Part shown: positions 46,331-56,900 of the stretch, piece by piece
Position numbering within the stretch: the first letter of the stretch is position 1
Layout: every line of letters starts with the position of its first letter
Assembly (NCBI GenBank): GCA_023150235.1
Contig: JAKLLH010000005.1
Location: forward strand, 72,830-136,829
DNA length: 64,000 nucleotides
Direction: 5' to 3'
From: Azonexus sp.
GTDB lineage: Bacteria > Pseudomonadota > Gammaproteobacteria > Burkholderiales > Rhodocyclaceae
Program-made: the position numbers and the translations under genes
The notes under the pieces: model-generated
Databases searched by the model: none
Told to the model about the DNA's origin: nothing
Seen by the model: only the letters and a program-made list of their open reading frames with translations

Positions 46331-46813
46331 CTATGATGCCCCGAAAATAATGGCGCCGGCCGGACAGGGGGCGAAACAGGCGCCGCAGCCGGTACAGGTT
46401 TCGGGATCCAGCTGCGCCCATGCCGCCCCGCCGAGACGCGGTGGGAAACGGATTGCACGCGCATCGCAATGTTCGCCGCAGATACGGCATTCGATACCCT
46501 GTAGCGGCAGGCAGGCCGTGCCGATTCGGGCCTTCAGCGTCCATGGCGGAGTTGCCTCCCCTTGTTGCAGGGCGCCGCTGCGGCAGGCGCGAACGCAGTC
46601 GCCGCAGAAGGTGCATTCGCCGGCGGCGAAATCCAGCGTCGGGTAGCCGCCGTCGCCGCTGACGATGATGCCTTGCGGGCAGGCTTGCCGGCAGTCGTCG
46701 CAGCGGCTGCAGGCATCGATGAAAGCCGTTTCGGCAAGCGCCCAGGGCGGGCGGTTTTCAGCCCGCGGGCGCGGTCGACCGCGAAAGAAGCCGCGCCGCG
46801 CCAGGTCGACCAT
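46331..46813 (-). CDS. napF: Ferredoxin-type protein NapF
   Basis: RRGFFRG, RPPWA, four Cys clusters ending CTGCGACFAPCP. Confidence 0.92.
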   Translation of the reverse strand: MVDLARRGFFRGRPRPRAENRPPWALAETAFIDACSRCDDCRQACPQGIIVSGDGGYPTLDFAAGECTFCGDCVRACRSGALQQGEATPPWTLKARIGTACLPLQGIECRICGEHCDARAIRFPPRLGGAAWAQLDPETCTGCGACFAPCPAGAIIFGAS

Positions 46814-46815
46814 GT

Positions 46816-47655
46816 TTACTGCACGGCCTTCATCTTGTCGATGCCGCTACGCAGCATCTGGTCGATCTCCGAACCCGGCTCGACCTGCGGCAACAGCGCC
46901 TCCCAGTAGCCGATCGCCGCCTTGCGGTCGCCGCGTTCCATCGCGGCGGCGCCGGCCAGGAACAGGCTGTGGCCGTGTTTGGGATCGATTTTGAGCGCCT
47001 TTTCGACCAACTCCGCCGGTTTGCCCTGCAGCCCCTGGTTGCCGCCGGCCATGGCGATGGTTTCGGCGTAGCTGGCGAGCAGGTCGGGTTCCTTGAGCAC
47101 TTCTTTTTCGGCGCGGGCGTAGGCCTTGATCGCCTCTTGGTAGCGGCCGAGCACCTTGTAGGAGCGGGCCAGCATCAGCCAGCCCTGCATGTCGTCGGGG
47201 TTGGCGGCGACTTTGGCGGCCAGTTTTTCGACCATGGCATCGATTTCTTCCGGCGACAGTTTCGCCTGGGCAAGCGTTTGCGTCGGGTCGAGTGCGCGTG
47301 GGTTGCCGAGCAGGGTGTAGCCGCCAACTGCCAGCAGCGGCAAGGCGATCAGCAGGACAAGTGCCGTCTTGCGGGTCGGTGCATGGCTGACGGTCTGGTT
47401 TTCCTCTTCACCACGGTCAACTTCTTCCAGCAGGCGTTTTTGCAACTCGCTGCGTGCCTGCGCGAAATCGGCCTCGGCCAGCGTGCCTTCGGCCTGTTCG
47501 CGTTCCAGTTCGGCGAGCTGGTCGCGGAAGATGGCCAGGTTGGTTGCCTTGCGATCGGCGGCGGGTTGCCGGCGCAGTCCCAGCCACAGTGGCGGCAGGA
47601 GGAAGGCGAGGACGACGGCGAGGAGCAGCGCCGCAAAGAGGGCGAATTGAGTCAT
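46816..47655 (-). CDS. ccmI: Cytochrome c biogenesis TPR protein CcmI/CycH
   Basis: NLAIFRDQLAEL, GWLMLARSY TPR; operon position. Confidence 0.9.
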   Translation of the reverse strand: MTQFALFAALLLAVVLAFLLPPLWLGLRRQPAADRKATNLAIFRDQLAELEREQAEGTLAEADFAQARSELQKRLLEEVDRGEEENQTVSHAPTRKTALVLLIALPLLAVGGYTLLGNPRALDPTQTLAQAKLSPEEIDAMVEKLAAKVAANPDDMQGWLMLARSYKVLGRYQEAIKAYARAEKEVLKEPDLLASYAETIAMAGGNQGLQGKPAELVEKALKIDPKHGHSLFLAGAAAMERGDRKAAIGYWEALLPQVEPGSEIDQMLRSGIDKMKAVQ

Positions 47656-48137
47656 TTCGGTTCGTTTTCCTGGAGCAGGGCTTCGGCGCGGCGGATTTCC
47701 TCGGACGAGAGCGGCTTTTCATCGGCCAGTCGCAGGCTGCGCCGGCGCAGATAGGCGCGCAGTGCGAGCATCCCGCCGATCAGTAGCAGCAGCGGCCCGC
47801 CCCAGAGCAGCAGGGTGCTGGCCTTGAGCGGTGGCCGGTAGAGCACGAAATCGCCGTAGCGGGTAACCATGAAGTCGATGATTTCGCCGTTGCTCTTGCC
47901 ATCCTTGATCATGCCGCGGATCTCGCGACGCAGATCCTGCGCCAGCTCGGCGTTGGAGTCGGCGATGTTCTGATTCTGGCAGACCAGACAGCGCAACTCG
48001 GCCGACAATTCCTGCAGGCGTTTTTCGGCGACCGGGTCGGCCGCCAGCGCGGCTTCGGTCCCGGCATCGGCGATGCTCACGGTCGACGTGGAAAAAAGGC
48101 AAAAAAGCAGCGCCAGGGCGCTCAGGGTGCGTTTCAT
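47652..48137 (-). CDS. ccmH: Cytochrome c biogenesis protein CcmH
   Basis: LRCLVCQNQ, RYGDFVLYRPP. Confidence 0.95.
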   Translation of the reverse strand: MKRTLSALALLFCLFSTSTVSIADAGTEAALAADPVAEKRLQELSAELRCLVCQNQNIADSNAELAQDLRREIRGMIKDGKSNGEIIDFMVTRYGDFVLYRPPLKASTLLLWGGPLLLLIGGMLALRAYLRRRSLRLADEKPLSSEEIRRAEALLQENEPK

Positions 48138-48718
48138 CGATTCAGCTCCGCGAGCAAGGGCATGATCTTCTTGGCCAGCACCTCGGGAGTGATCGGTCCG
48201 GTGTGCTTCATGCGGATGACGCCGGCCTTGTCGATGACGTAGGTTTCCGGCACGCCGTAGACGCCGTAGTCGATACCGACGCGGCCGTCGAGGTCCATCA
48301 CCGTCAGCCGGTACGGGTCGCCATGTTCGGACAGCCATTTGCCGGCACGCTGCAACGCCAGCTTCTTCTCCTCGTCGGCCGGCATCTTGTTCATGTCGAA
48401 GCCGCCGTCGCCGCGAACTTCCTTGTAATTGAGGCCGATGAGCGGTACATCGACCTTCTTCGAGAATTCAACCAGCACCGGGTGTTCCTGACGGCAGGAG
48501 ACGCACCACGAAGCCCAGACGTTGAGCAGCCAGACCTTGCCTCGGAAATCCTCGGGACCGACGCTCTTTTCCGGTTCTGCCAGTACCGCCAGCTTGAAAA
48601 CCGGGGCCGGTTTGCCGACCAGCGGCGAGGGCACGTCGCGCGGGTTCAGGTTGAGCCCGACGGCGAGCAGGGCGACGAGGGCGGCAAAGGCGCCGATGAT
48701 CCAGTAGTAACGATTCAT
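48134..48718 (-). CDS. ccmG: Thiol:disulfide interchange protein CcmG/DsbE
   Basis: NVWASWCVSCRQEH, GVYGVPET. Confidence 0.95.
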   Translation of the reverse strand: MNRYYWIIGAFAALVALLAVGLNLNPRDVPSPLVGKPAPVFKLAVLAEPEKSVGPEDFRGKVWLLNVWASWCVSCRQEHPVLVEFSKKVDVPLIGLNYKEVRGDGGFDMNKMPADEEKKLALQRAGKWLSEHGDPYRLTVMDLDGRVGIDYGVYGVPETYVIDKAGVIRMKHTGPITPEVLAKKIMPLLAELNR

Positions 48719-48879
48719 CGTAAGACTAACTCCGGTTTGAAACCCCGCCCTTCAGGGCGGAGGGAGCCGACCCCGGCCTGAAGGCCGGGGTTTCAGGCGA
48801 CCGTTTCGGGAGGGGATGCAAACCCCTTCCAAAACATGTTTGACCGACAGGCATGAATGCCTGTCGCTAATTTCTTGCT
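48719..48879 (+). mobile_element. IS200/IS605-like palindromic element, copy 3 (161 bp)
   Basis: After TTCAT 48714-48718; removing it restores a ccmF/ccmG ATGA overlap; it supplies the current ccmF stop. Confidence 0.85.
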
Positions 48880-50864
48880 GCTTGTTGCACTCCAGCGGTG
48901 GCGGCAGCGGCACGCCGGGATTTAACGCGATAGCGGCGGTCGAGCATCGCCAGCAGGCCGCCCAGCGACATCAGCAGGCAGCCACCCCAGATCCAGTCGA
49001 CAAAGGGTTTGTAGTAGACGCGCACCGCCCATTCGCCTTCCGGCTTGTCGCGGTCGATCGGCTCGCCAAGCGAGACATAGACGTCGCGCAGGAGGCCGGC
49101 ATCGATTGCCGCCTCGGTCATCGGCATCGCCGACGAATGGTAGTTGCGCTTTTCCGGATTCATTTTGCGGAGAAAACGGTTGTCGACCGTGAGATCGAAG
49201 TTGCCCTGCATCGCCACGTAGTTCGGTCCCTCGACCTGACGCACGCCGTTGAAGCGGAAGCTGTAGCCGGCGACGGAAACCTGATCGCCGACCGCCATCT
49301 TGATGTCCTTCTCCTGCTCGAAGCTCATCACCATGGTCACGCCGACGACAAAAACGGCAACGCCAATGTGTGCCAGATGCATGCCGATGAAGCCGCGCGG
49401 CTGTGCCAATACAGCCGTCAGCAGGCTGCGTCCACCACGGGTATGGTGCACCCGTTCGGCAAAATTCTGCAGTGCGGTGACCACGACCCAGGCGGCAAAG
49501 AACAGGCCGAGCGCGGTCATCGCCTTCCATTGGCCATAGACCAGCGGCAGGGCGACCGCGACGATGGCACCGGCACCCAGCGCCCAGCGGGTGAGGCGCA
49601 GCAATTCGGGCAGCGAGGCTTCCTTCCAGCGGGCGAAGGGACCGATCCCGACCAGGAACAGGATCGGTGTCATCACCGGCACGAAGACCGCGTTGAAGTA
49701 GGGTGGGCCGACCGAGATCTTGCCGACGCCGAGCGCGTCGATCAGCAGCGGGTAAAGTGTGCCGAGCAGCACGGTGGCGCAAGCGACGACCAGCAGCACG
49801 TTGTTGGCCAACAGCATCGATTCGCGCGAGATCAGTCCGAAGCGGCCGCCCAGGCCAACCTTGGGCGCGCGCCAGGCGAAGAGCGTCAGTGACAGGCCGA
49901 TCACCGCGACCAGGAAGATCAGGATGAAGACGCCGCGGCGCGGGTCGGTGGCGAAGGCGTGCACCGAGGTCAGCACGCCGGAACGAACCAGGAAGGTGCC
50001 GAGCAGGGACAGCGAGAACGCCGAGATCGCCAGCAATACCGTCCAGTTCTTGAAGCTGCCGCGCTTTTCGGTCACCGCCAGCGAATGCATCAGCGCGGTA
50101 CCGATCAGCCAGGGCATGAATGAGGCGTTTTCGACCGGATCCCAGAACCACCAGCCGCCCCAGCCGAGTTCGTAATAAGCCCACCACGAGCCCATTGCGA
50201 TTCCCAGGGTCAGGAAGACCCAGGCGGCCGTGGTCCAGGGCCGTGACCAGCGCGCCCAGGCGGCATCAAGCTGGCCGGAAAGCAGCGCGGCGACGGCAAA
50301 GGCATAGGCCACCGAGAAACCGACATAGCCCATGTAGAGCAGCGGCGGGTGGATCACCAGACCGGGATCCTGCAACAGCGGATTCAGGTCGCGACCTTCG
50401 GTGGCGCCGGGCAGCAGGCGCTCGAAGGGATTGGACGTAAACAGGATGAAGAGCAGGAAGCCGAAGGCGACCAGGCCGAGCGTGCCGAGTACGCGGGCGA
50501 CCATCGTGTCGGGCAATTGGCGCGAGAACTGCGCGACACCGAAAGCCCACCAGGTCAGCATCAGGATCCACAGCAACAGCGAGCCCTCGTGGCCGCCCCA
50601 GACGCCGGCGACGCGGTATTCGATCGGCAGCAGCGAATTCGAGTGCTGCGCGACATAGACCACCGAGAAATCGTTGACCACGAAAGCCTGGGTCAGGCAA
50701 GCGAACGAGAAAGTGACCAGCAGGGCCAGGGCGTTGGCGCCGGGCCGCGCCAGCGCGATCCAGGCCTGCTGGTTGCGATGCGCGCCGAGCAGGCTCAGGC
50801 TGCCGAAAACGACGGCAACCAGCGCCGCGAGGATGAGGGCGAAATGGCCAAGTTCAGGAATCAT
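48867..50864 (-). CDS. ccmF: Heme lyase CcmF
   Basis: WGGHEGSLLLW, HPPLLY, WGGWWFWDPVENAS, SVHAFA. Confidence 0.97.
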   Translation of the reverse strand: MIPELGHFALILAALVAVVFGSLSLLGAHRNQQAWIALARPGANALALLVTFSFACLTQAFVVNDFSVVYVAQHSNSLLPIEYRVAGVWGGHEGSLLLWILMLTWWAFGVAQFSRQLPDTMVARVLGTLGLVAFGFLLFILFTSNPFERLLPGATEGRDLNPLLQDPGLVIHPPLLYMGYVGFSVAYAFAVAALLSGQLDAAWARWSRPWTTAAWVFLTLGIAMGSWWAYYELGWGGWWFWDPVENASFMPWLIGTALMHSLAVTEKRGSFKNWTVLLAISAFSLSLLGTFLVRSGVLTSVHAFATDPRRGVFILIFLVAVIGLSLTLFAWRAPKVGLGGRFGLISRESMLLANNVLLVVACATVLLGTLYPLLIDALGVGKISVGPPYFNAVFVPVMTPILFLVGIGPFARWKEASLPELLRLTRWALGAGAIVAVALPLVYGQWKAMTALGLFFAAWVVVTALQNFAERVHHTRGGRSLLTAVLAQPRGFIGMHLAHIGVAVFVVGVTMVMSFEQEKDIKMAVGDQVSVAGYSFRFNGVRQVEGPNYVAMQGNFDLTVDNRFLRKMNPEKRNYHSSAMPMTEAAIDAGLLRDVYVSLGEPIDRDKPEGEWAVRVYYKPFVDWIWGGCLLMSLGGLLAMLDRRYRVKSRRAAAATAGVQQAARN

Positions 50865-50945
50865 CGGGGAACGGCTCTCGGTGAGGTCGCCGCCGGCGGG
50901 CGGCGACCGGAATCAGGGGCAGGTATTGGCGGTTCGGGAGGGGCG

Positions 50946-51419
50946 TCAGTTGGCTGGCTTGGCGACAGCGTCCTCGGCTTTCTTCTCGGCGGCGCGGGTG
51001 TGTGCGTCGTTGACCGCCTTGGCGGCTTCCGGCGGCATGTAGTTCTCGTCGTGCTTGGCCAGTACCTCGGTCGCGCTGAAGCTGCCGTCGGCGGTCAGGC
51101 GACCTTGGGCAACGACACCCTTGCCTTCCTTGAAGAGGTCGGGAAGGATGCCCTTGTAGTGGACAGTGATGTCTTTCTCGGTATCGGTGACGATGAAGGC
51201 GATGGTCACGCCGTCGGCCTGGCGGCTGACGCTGCCTTCCTTGACCATCCCGCCGATACGGAACAGCTTGTCCTGCGGCGCCTTGCCGGCGGCGACATCG
51301 GTCGGCGAAATATAGAGCGCGATATTGCTGTTCAGCGCATTCAGCACCAGTGCGGCGATGATGCCGAGCACGGCCAGCGCGCCACCGATCAGCGCCAGTT
51401 TCTTGTGACGGGATTTCAT
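50946..51419 (-). CDS. ccmE: Heme chaperone CcmE
   Basis: [20 protein letters not shown]. Confidence 0.95.
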   Translation of the reverse strand: MKSRHKKLALIGGALAVLGIIAALVLNALNSNIALYISPTDVAAGKAPQDKLFRIGGMVKEGSVSRQADGVTIAFIVTDTEKDITVHYKGILPDLFKEGKGVVAQGRLTADGSFSATEVLAKHDENYMPPEAAKAVNDAHTRAAEKKAEDAVAKPAN

Positions 51420-51604
51420 GCGGTTTCCTTCCTCGATTCGGCACGCAACTGCCGTTTCAGGCGGGCCTGCGTGTTTTTCAGCCGGCGACCGACCAGTACC
51501 GGTTCGATCGCCATGATCGCCACCGTCAGGCCGAACGAGCCCCAGACGTAGAAGCCATAGCCGCCCATGGCGATGAAATCGCCGAAACTGTTCCAGTAGA
51601 TCAT
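51416..51604 (-). CDS. ccmD: Heme exporter protein D
   Basis: [16 protein letters not shown]. Confidence 0.9.
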   Translation of the reverse strand: MIYWNSFGDFIAMGGYGFYVWGSFGLTVAIMAIEPVLVGRRLKNTQARLKRQLRAESRKETA

Positions 51605-52359
51605 GCGCGTTCTCCGTCGCCGACGCCGAGCAGTTCGGCCTTGACCCAGTCGGTGTGGCGTTCGCGTTCGAGCAGGATGCTGCGGACCCGGGCAAGGGCG
51701 ACGGCAATCGCGTAGGACCAGAAGCAGAAGGCCATCAGCAGCATGCCCCAGAGCATGGTCACGGCCATCGACGATTTGGTCAGGTTGACGCTCGAACCCT
51801 GGTGCAGCGTGTTCCACCATTGCACCGAGAAATAGATGATCGGGATGTTCACCACGCCGACCAGCAGCAGCAGGCCGCCGGCCTTGTCGGCGCGGCGCGG
51901 GTCGTCGATCGCGGCAACCAACGCCATGTAACCGATATAGAGGAAGAGCAGGATCAATTCGGAGGTCAGTCGGGCATCCCAGACCCACCAGGCGCCCCAC
52001 ATCGGCTTGCCCCACAGCGCCCCGGTCCACAGCGAGAGGAAGGCCATCAGTGCGCCGGTTGGCGCCAGCGCCTGCGCCATCATGCCCGACAGCCGGGTAT
52101 TGAAGGCGAGGCCAATGGCGGCCCAGAAAGCCATCACCAGGTAGATGAACATCGACATCCACGACGCCGGGACGTGGATGAAGATGATCCGGTAGCCTTC
52201 GCCCTGCTGGAAGTCGGTCGGTGCGACCAGCATTCCGAGATAGAGCCCGGCGAGGCCGAACAGTGCGGCGAACGCGGCGAACCACGGGATCATCCGGCCG
52301 GCGAGCGGGTAGAAGGTCGCCGGCGAGGCGAAGCGATAGAGATTGAAGCGATCTTTCAT
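51601..52359 (-). CDS. ccmC: Heme exporter protein C
   Basis: [31 protein letters not shown]. Confidence 0.97.
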   Translation of the reverse strand: MKDRFNLYRFASPATFYPLAGRMIPWFAAFAALFGLAGLYLGMLVAPTDFQQGEGYRIIFIHVPASWMSMFIYLVMAFWAAIGLAFNTRLSGMMAQALAPTGALMAFLSLWTGALWGKPMWGAWWVWDARLTSELILLFLYIGYMALVAAIDDPRRADKAGGLLLLVGVVNIPIIYFSVQWWNTLHQGSSVNLTKSSMAVTMLWGMLLMAFCFWSYAIAVALARVRSILLERERHTDWVKAELLGVGDGERA

Positions 52360-53024
52360 TCGAGGGCGATCTTCAAGGCGGCGGCCGAAGCCCAGGGGGC
52401 AAAGCCGAGAGCGGCAAAAGTCAGCGCGGCAAGCAGGGAAAGATGGCCTTCTCCCCCGAGTCCGGCCACCGTCGCGTCAACCGCGCCAGCGCCGAATATT
52501 AGCACCGGGATGTACAAAGGCAGAACCAGCAGCGAGAGCAGGATGCCGCCGCCGCGCAGGCCGAGGGTCAGTGCCGCGCCGATGGCGCCGATCCCCGACA
52601 GCGCCGGGGTTCCGAGCAGCAGGCTGCCGGTCAGCACGAGCAAGGCGTCGGTGGGCAGGTCGAACTGGAGTCCGAGGACCGGCGCCAGCAAGGCCAGCGG
52701 CAGGCCGGAGACCAGCCAGTGGGCGAAGACCTTGCCGGTCACCGCAAGGCCGAGCGGATGCGGCGCCAGCGCCAGTTGTTCGAGGGTGCCGTCGCGGTGG
52801 TCGTCGGCGAACAGGCGCGGCAGCGAGAGCATCGTCGCCAGCAGTGCCGCCACCCACAGCACACCGGGGGCCAGCTTGCGCAGCAGGTCGGGCTCCGGGC
52901 CGACGCCGAGCGGGAACAGGCTGACGACGATGATGAAGAAGAACAGTGCCGAAACGATATCGGCCTGACGGCGCAGCGCCAGCTTGAGGTCGCGGCCGAT
53001 CACCGCGGCAATGATTTTCAGCAT
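52356..53024 (-). CDS. ccmB: Heme exporter protein B
   Basis: LFPLGVGP, DDHRDGTLEQ, PLYIPVLIFG. Confidence 0.96.
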   Translation of the reverse strand: MLKIIAAVIGRDLKLALRRQADIVSALFFFIIVVSLFPLGVGPEPDLLRKLAPGVLWVAALLATMLSLPRLFADDHRDGTLEQLALAPHPLGLAVTGKVFAHWLVSGLPLALLAPVLGLQFDLPTDALLVLTGSLLLGTPALSGIGAIGAALTLGLRGGGILLSLLVLPLYIPVLIFGAGAVDATVAGLGGEGHLSLLAALTFAALGFAPWASAAALKIALE

Positions 53025-53034
53025 CTCGGCACCC

Positions 53035-53649
53035 TCATCCCAGCCGCAATTCGCGGACCGTGCCGGCGGGGATGTCGACCGGCTGGTGGGTGGTCATCAC
53101 CGCCAGACCGCCACGCTGCAGATGCCCCGAAATGATTCCGGCGAGCCAGGCGACGGCTGCCACGTCGAGCGCGACGAAGGGTTCGTCGAGCACCCACAGC
53201 GCCCGTCTTTCCTTGACCAGCCGGGCCAGCGCGACGCGCCGCTTCTGGCCTTGCGAGAGGTATTTGCAGGCCAGATCTTCGCGTCCGGCGAGGCCGACCT
53301 GTTCCAGCGCGTCGAGCGCATCGTCCTCGGACAGCGTTTCGTCGGCGAGGCGGGCCGAAAGCAGCAGGTTTTCCAGCGGCGTCAGCTCTTCCTTGATCGC
53401 GTTGTGGTGGCCGAGGTAACACAGCTCGGCGCGGTATTCGTCGATCTGTTCGTGGATGTCCTGGCCCCGCCACAGGATCTGTCCGGCTTCCGGCGGCAGC
53501 AGGCCGATCAGCATGCGCAGCAGACTGGTCTTGCCGGCGCCGTTGCGGCCCTGCAGATAGAGCAGCTCACCGCCGTCGAGACGGAATCCGACATTGGCAA
53601 ACAGGCGGCGTTCACCGCGCACGCAGGCCAGTTGTTCAGCGGCGAGCAT
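53035..53649 (-). CDS. ccmA: Heme exporter ATPase CcmA
   Basis: GRNGAGKTS, LSQGQKRRV, LDEPF; start uncertain (53649 ATG or 53673 TTG). Confidence 0.95.
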   Translation of the reverse strand: MLAAEQLACVRGERRLFANVGFRLDGGELLYLQGRNGAGKTSLLRMLIGLLPPEAGQILWRGQDIHEQIDEYRAELCYLGHHNAIKEELTPLENLLLSARLADETLSEDDALDALEQVGLAGREDLACKYLSQGQKRRVALARLVKERRALWVLDEPFVALDVAAVAWLAGIISGHLQRGGLAVMTTHQPVDIPAGTVRELRLG

Positions 53650-53690
53650 CGACAGGGGGGTGGGAGGGTTCAAAAAGCATGGCGCGGCAG

Positions 53691-53732
53691 ATTATGAACG
53701 CGCAAGTTTAGCGGTAGATTGATGATCATCAA
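53691..53732 (-). promoter_or_regulatory. FNR-family box with class II promoter for the ccm operon
   Basis: Perfect TTGAT-GATC-ATCAA at 53719-53732; CATAAT -10 on the minus strand at 53691-53696, consistent with a -41.5 position. Confidence 0.8.
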
Positions 53733-53940
53733 ACTGGAAGAGGTGAAAAACAGGACTCGCCGCGCCCGGTTTGCCGTTGTGAATCGGCCTGGCGGACGCT
53801 TCCGCGACAAATTGTCGCAGGGTGGAGGTCGGTGGCAGAAAGTGTCCGAAACGGCAGTATCGGCGCCATCCGCTGCGCTGCCTTCGCCCCCTTTCGTCGC
53901 CGACGGGCGCCAGTGGCAGGTCAACGTGGAGGAAAAGAAC

Positions 53941-56900
53941 ATGGACACACCCACCCCGCAATCCAGCGGCCAATTCGGACGTTTCAGCCAGCTACGCGTC
54001 CGTATCCGCGCCCGCCATCGGGCCGATGAAGACGAAGTCGTGCAGGAACTGCTCCGTCTCGCCCGCTTCACCCCCGCCGGGCAATACCAGATTCTCGAAC
54101 GCGCCCGCCCGCTGGTCGCCCAGGTTCGCGCCGAGCGCAACAAGACCACCGGCATCGACGCCTTCCTCAACACCTACGACCTTTCCTCCCGTGAAGGCAT
54201 CGTGTTGATGTGCATGGCCGAAGCCCTGCTGCGAATTCCCGACGCCGAAACCGTCGACCGCCTGATCAAGGACAAGATCGGCGCCACCGCCTGGGCCGAA
54301 AAGCTCGGCGCCTCGCACAGCCTGTTCGTCAATGCCTCGACCTGGGCGCTGATGCTGACCGGCCGCATCATCAAGCTCGGCGACGAGGACAAGCATCCGG
54401 GCGGCACCCTCGGCAAGCTGGTGGCCAGAATCGGCGAACCGGTGATCCGCCAGGCAACGCTGACCGCGATGCGCATTCTCGGCAAGCAGTTCGTGATGGG
54501 CCGCAATATCGGCGAAGCCCTGGAGCGCGCCCAGAGCGCCGAAAAACGCGGCTACCGCCACTCCTACGACATGCTCGGCGAAGCCGCCCGCACCAGCGAG
54601 GATGCACTCCGCTATTACGAGTCCTACACCCGCGCCATCGCCGCCATCGGCCAGGCTGCCAACGGGCTGCCGCCGCTGGCAGCACCATCGATCTCGGTCA
54701 AATTGTCGGCGCTGCATCCGCGCTACGAAGCCAGCCAGCACGAACGGGTGCTGCGCGAGCTGTTGCCGACGGTCAAAAAACTGGCCGCGCTCGCCAAGCA
54801 ACACAACATCGGCTTCACCATCGACGCCGAGGAAGCTGACCGCCTCGAAATCTCGCTCGACCTGATCGAAGCCCTCGCCCTCGACCCCGAACTGGCCGGC
54901 TGGGACGGTCTCGGCCTCGCCGTCCAGGCCTACATGAAACGCGCCCTGCCGACCCTCGACTGGCTCGCCGACCTGGCCCGCCGTGCCGGCCGCCGGCTGA
55001 TGGTGCGCCTGGTCAAGGGCGCCTACTGGGACGCCGAAATCAAGCTGGCGCAGGAGCGCGGCCTGAGCGACTACCCGGTATTCACCCGCAAGCAGTCGAC
55101 CGATGTTTCCTACCTCGCCTGCGCCCGCCGCCTGCTCGCCGACCGGGTAGCCTTCTACCCGGCCTTCGCCACCCACAACGCCCAGACCCTGGCCGCCGTC
55201 GCCCAGATCGCCGCCGAGGCCGGGGCCGGCGACGACTGGGAATACCAGCGCCTGCACGGCATGGGCGAGGAACTCTATGACCAGATCGTCGGCCCCGAGC
55301 GCTGGAACATTGCCTGCCGGGTCTATGCCCCGGTCGGCACGCACGAGGACCTGCTCGCCTACCTGGTCCGCCGCCTGCTCGAAAACGGCGCCAATTCGTC
55401 GTTTGTCAACCGGATCGCCGACGCCGACCTGCCGATTGACGACCTGCTCGTCGATCCCTGTGAAAAAGTTGCTGCCTTTGCCGCCGGCCCGGCCGGCCTC
55501 CGCCATCCACGCATTCCGCTGCCCGTGCAACTGTATCGCGCGGCCGGCGACGAACGACCCAATAGTGAGGGAATCGACATGTTCGATCAAAAAACCATCA
55601 GCGACCTCGCCGCCGCGCTCGTCACCAGCCGGCAGCAGACCTATCGCGCCGCCCCCATCGTCGGCGGCGCCGTGCTGGCCGGCCCGGAGCAGGCGCTGTA
55701 CGCCCCCGCTAACCGTCAGGAATTGCTTGGCCACTGGGTCGAGGCCAGCCCGGAACAGGCGGCCGCAGCGATGCGCCAGGCCGCCGCTGCTTACCGGCGC
55801 TGGGAAATGACCCCGGTCTCGACCCGCGCTGCCGCGCTCGACCGCGCCGGGCGCCTGATGCAGGAAAAGATGCCCGAACTGGTCGCCCTGATCGTCCGCG
55901 AAGGCGGCCGCACCCAGGGCGATGCGGTTTCCGAAGTGCGCGAAGCCATCGACTTCTGCCACTACTACGCCAAGGAAGGCCGCAACCGCTTCTCGGCACC
56001 GCTGGAACTGCCCGGCCCGACCGGCGAGAAGAACCGTCTCAGCCTGTACGGACGTGGCGTTTTCGTCTGCATCAGCCCGTGGAATTTCCCGCTGGCGATT
56101 TTTGTCGGCCAGATCGCCGCTGCGCTCGCCGCCGGTAACTGCGTGGTCGCCAAACCCGCCGAGCAGACACCGCTGAGCGGTGCGCTGGCAGTCGAAGTGT
56201 TGCACGCCGCCGGGATTCCGGTCGACGTGCTGCACTTCGTCCCCGGCGCCGGCGCAGTTGGCGCCGCGCTGGTCGCCGACCCGCATTGCGCCGGTGTCGC
56301 CTTTACCGGTTCGACCGAGGTCGCCCGCCACATTGCCCGCGCGCTGGCGGCCAAGGATGGCCCGATCGTGCCGCTGATTGCTGAAACTGGCGGCCAGAAT
56401 GCGCTGATCGCCGACTCCTCGGCGCTGCCCGAACAACTGGTTCGCGACGTCGTCGCCTCGGCCTTCAACTCGGCTGGCCAGCGCTGCTCGGCGCTGCGCA
56501 TCCTGTGCGTGCAGGAAGACATCGCCGACAAGGTCTGCGCGATGCTCAAGGGCGCGATGCAGGAACTGGTGATCGGCGACCCGGCCGACATCCGCACCGA
56601 CGTCGGCCCGGTAATCGACGCCGAGGCCCGTGCCGCGCTCGAAGCCCACGCCCGCAGCCTGAGCGCCGATGCCCGCGAAATCCACGTGTGCACGCTGCCC
56701 GCCAACTGCCAGGAGGGGAGCTTCTTCGCCCCCCGCGCCTACGAGATCGACAGCATCGCACGCCTGCAGCGCGAGGTCTTTGGGCCGATCCTGCACCTCG
56801 TCCGCTGGCGTTCCGACCAGCTGGCCGAGCTTTGCGCCAGCATCGCCGCCACCGGCTACGGCCTGACCCTCGGCATCCACAGCCGGATCGATGAAACCGT

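Noticed and set aside
48133-48140. TTCATCG at the ccmH start looks like an element junction
   Set aside because: The match stops after 2 nt; this is the ordinary ccmG/ccmH ATGA overlap.
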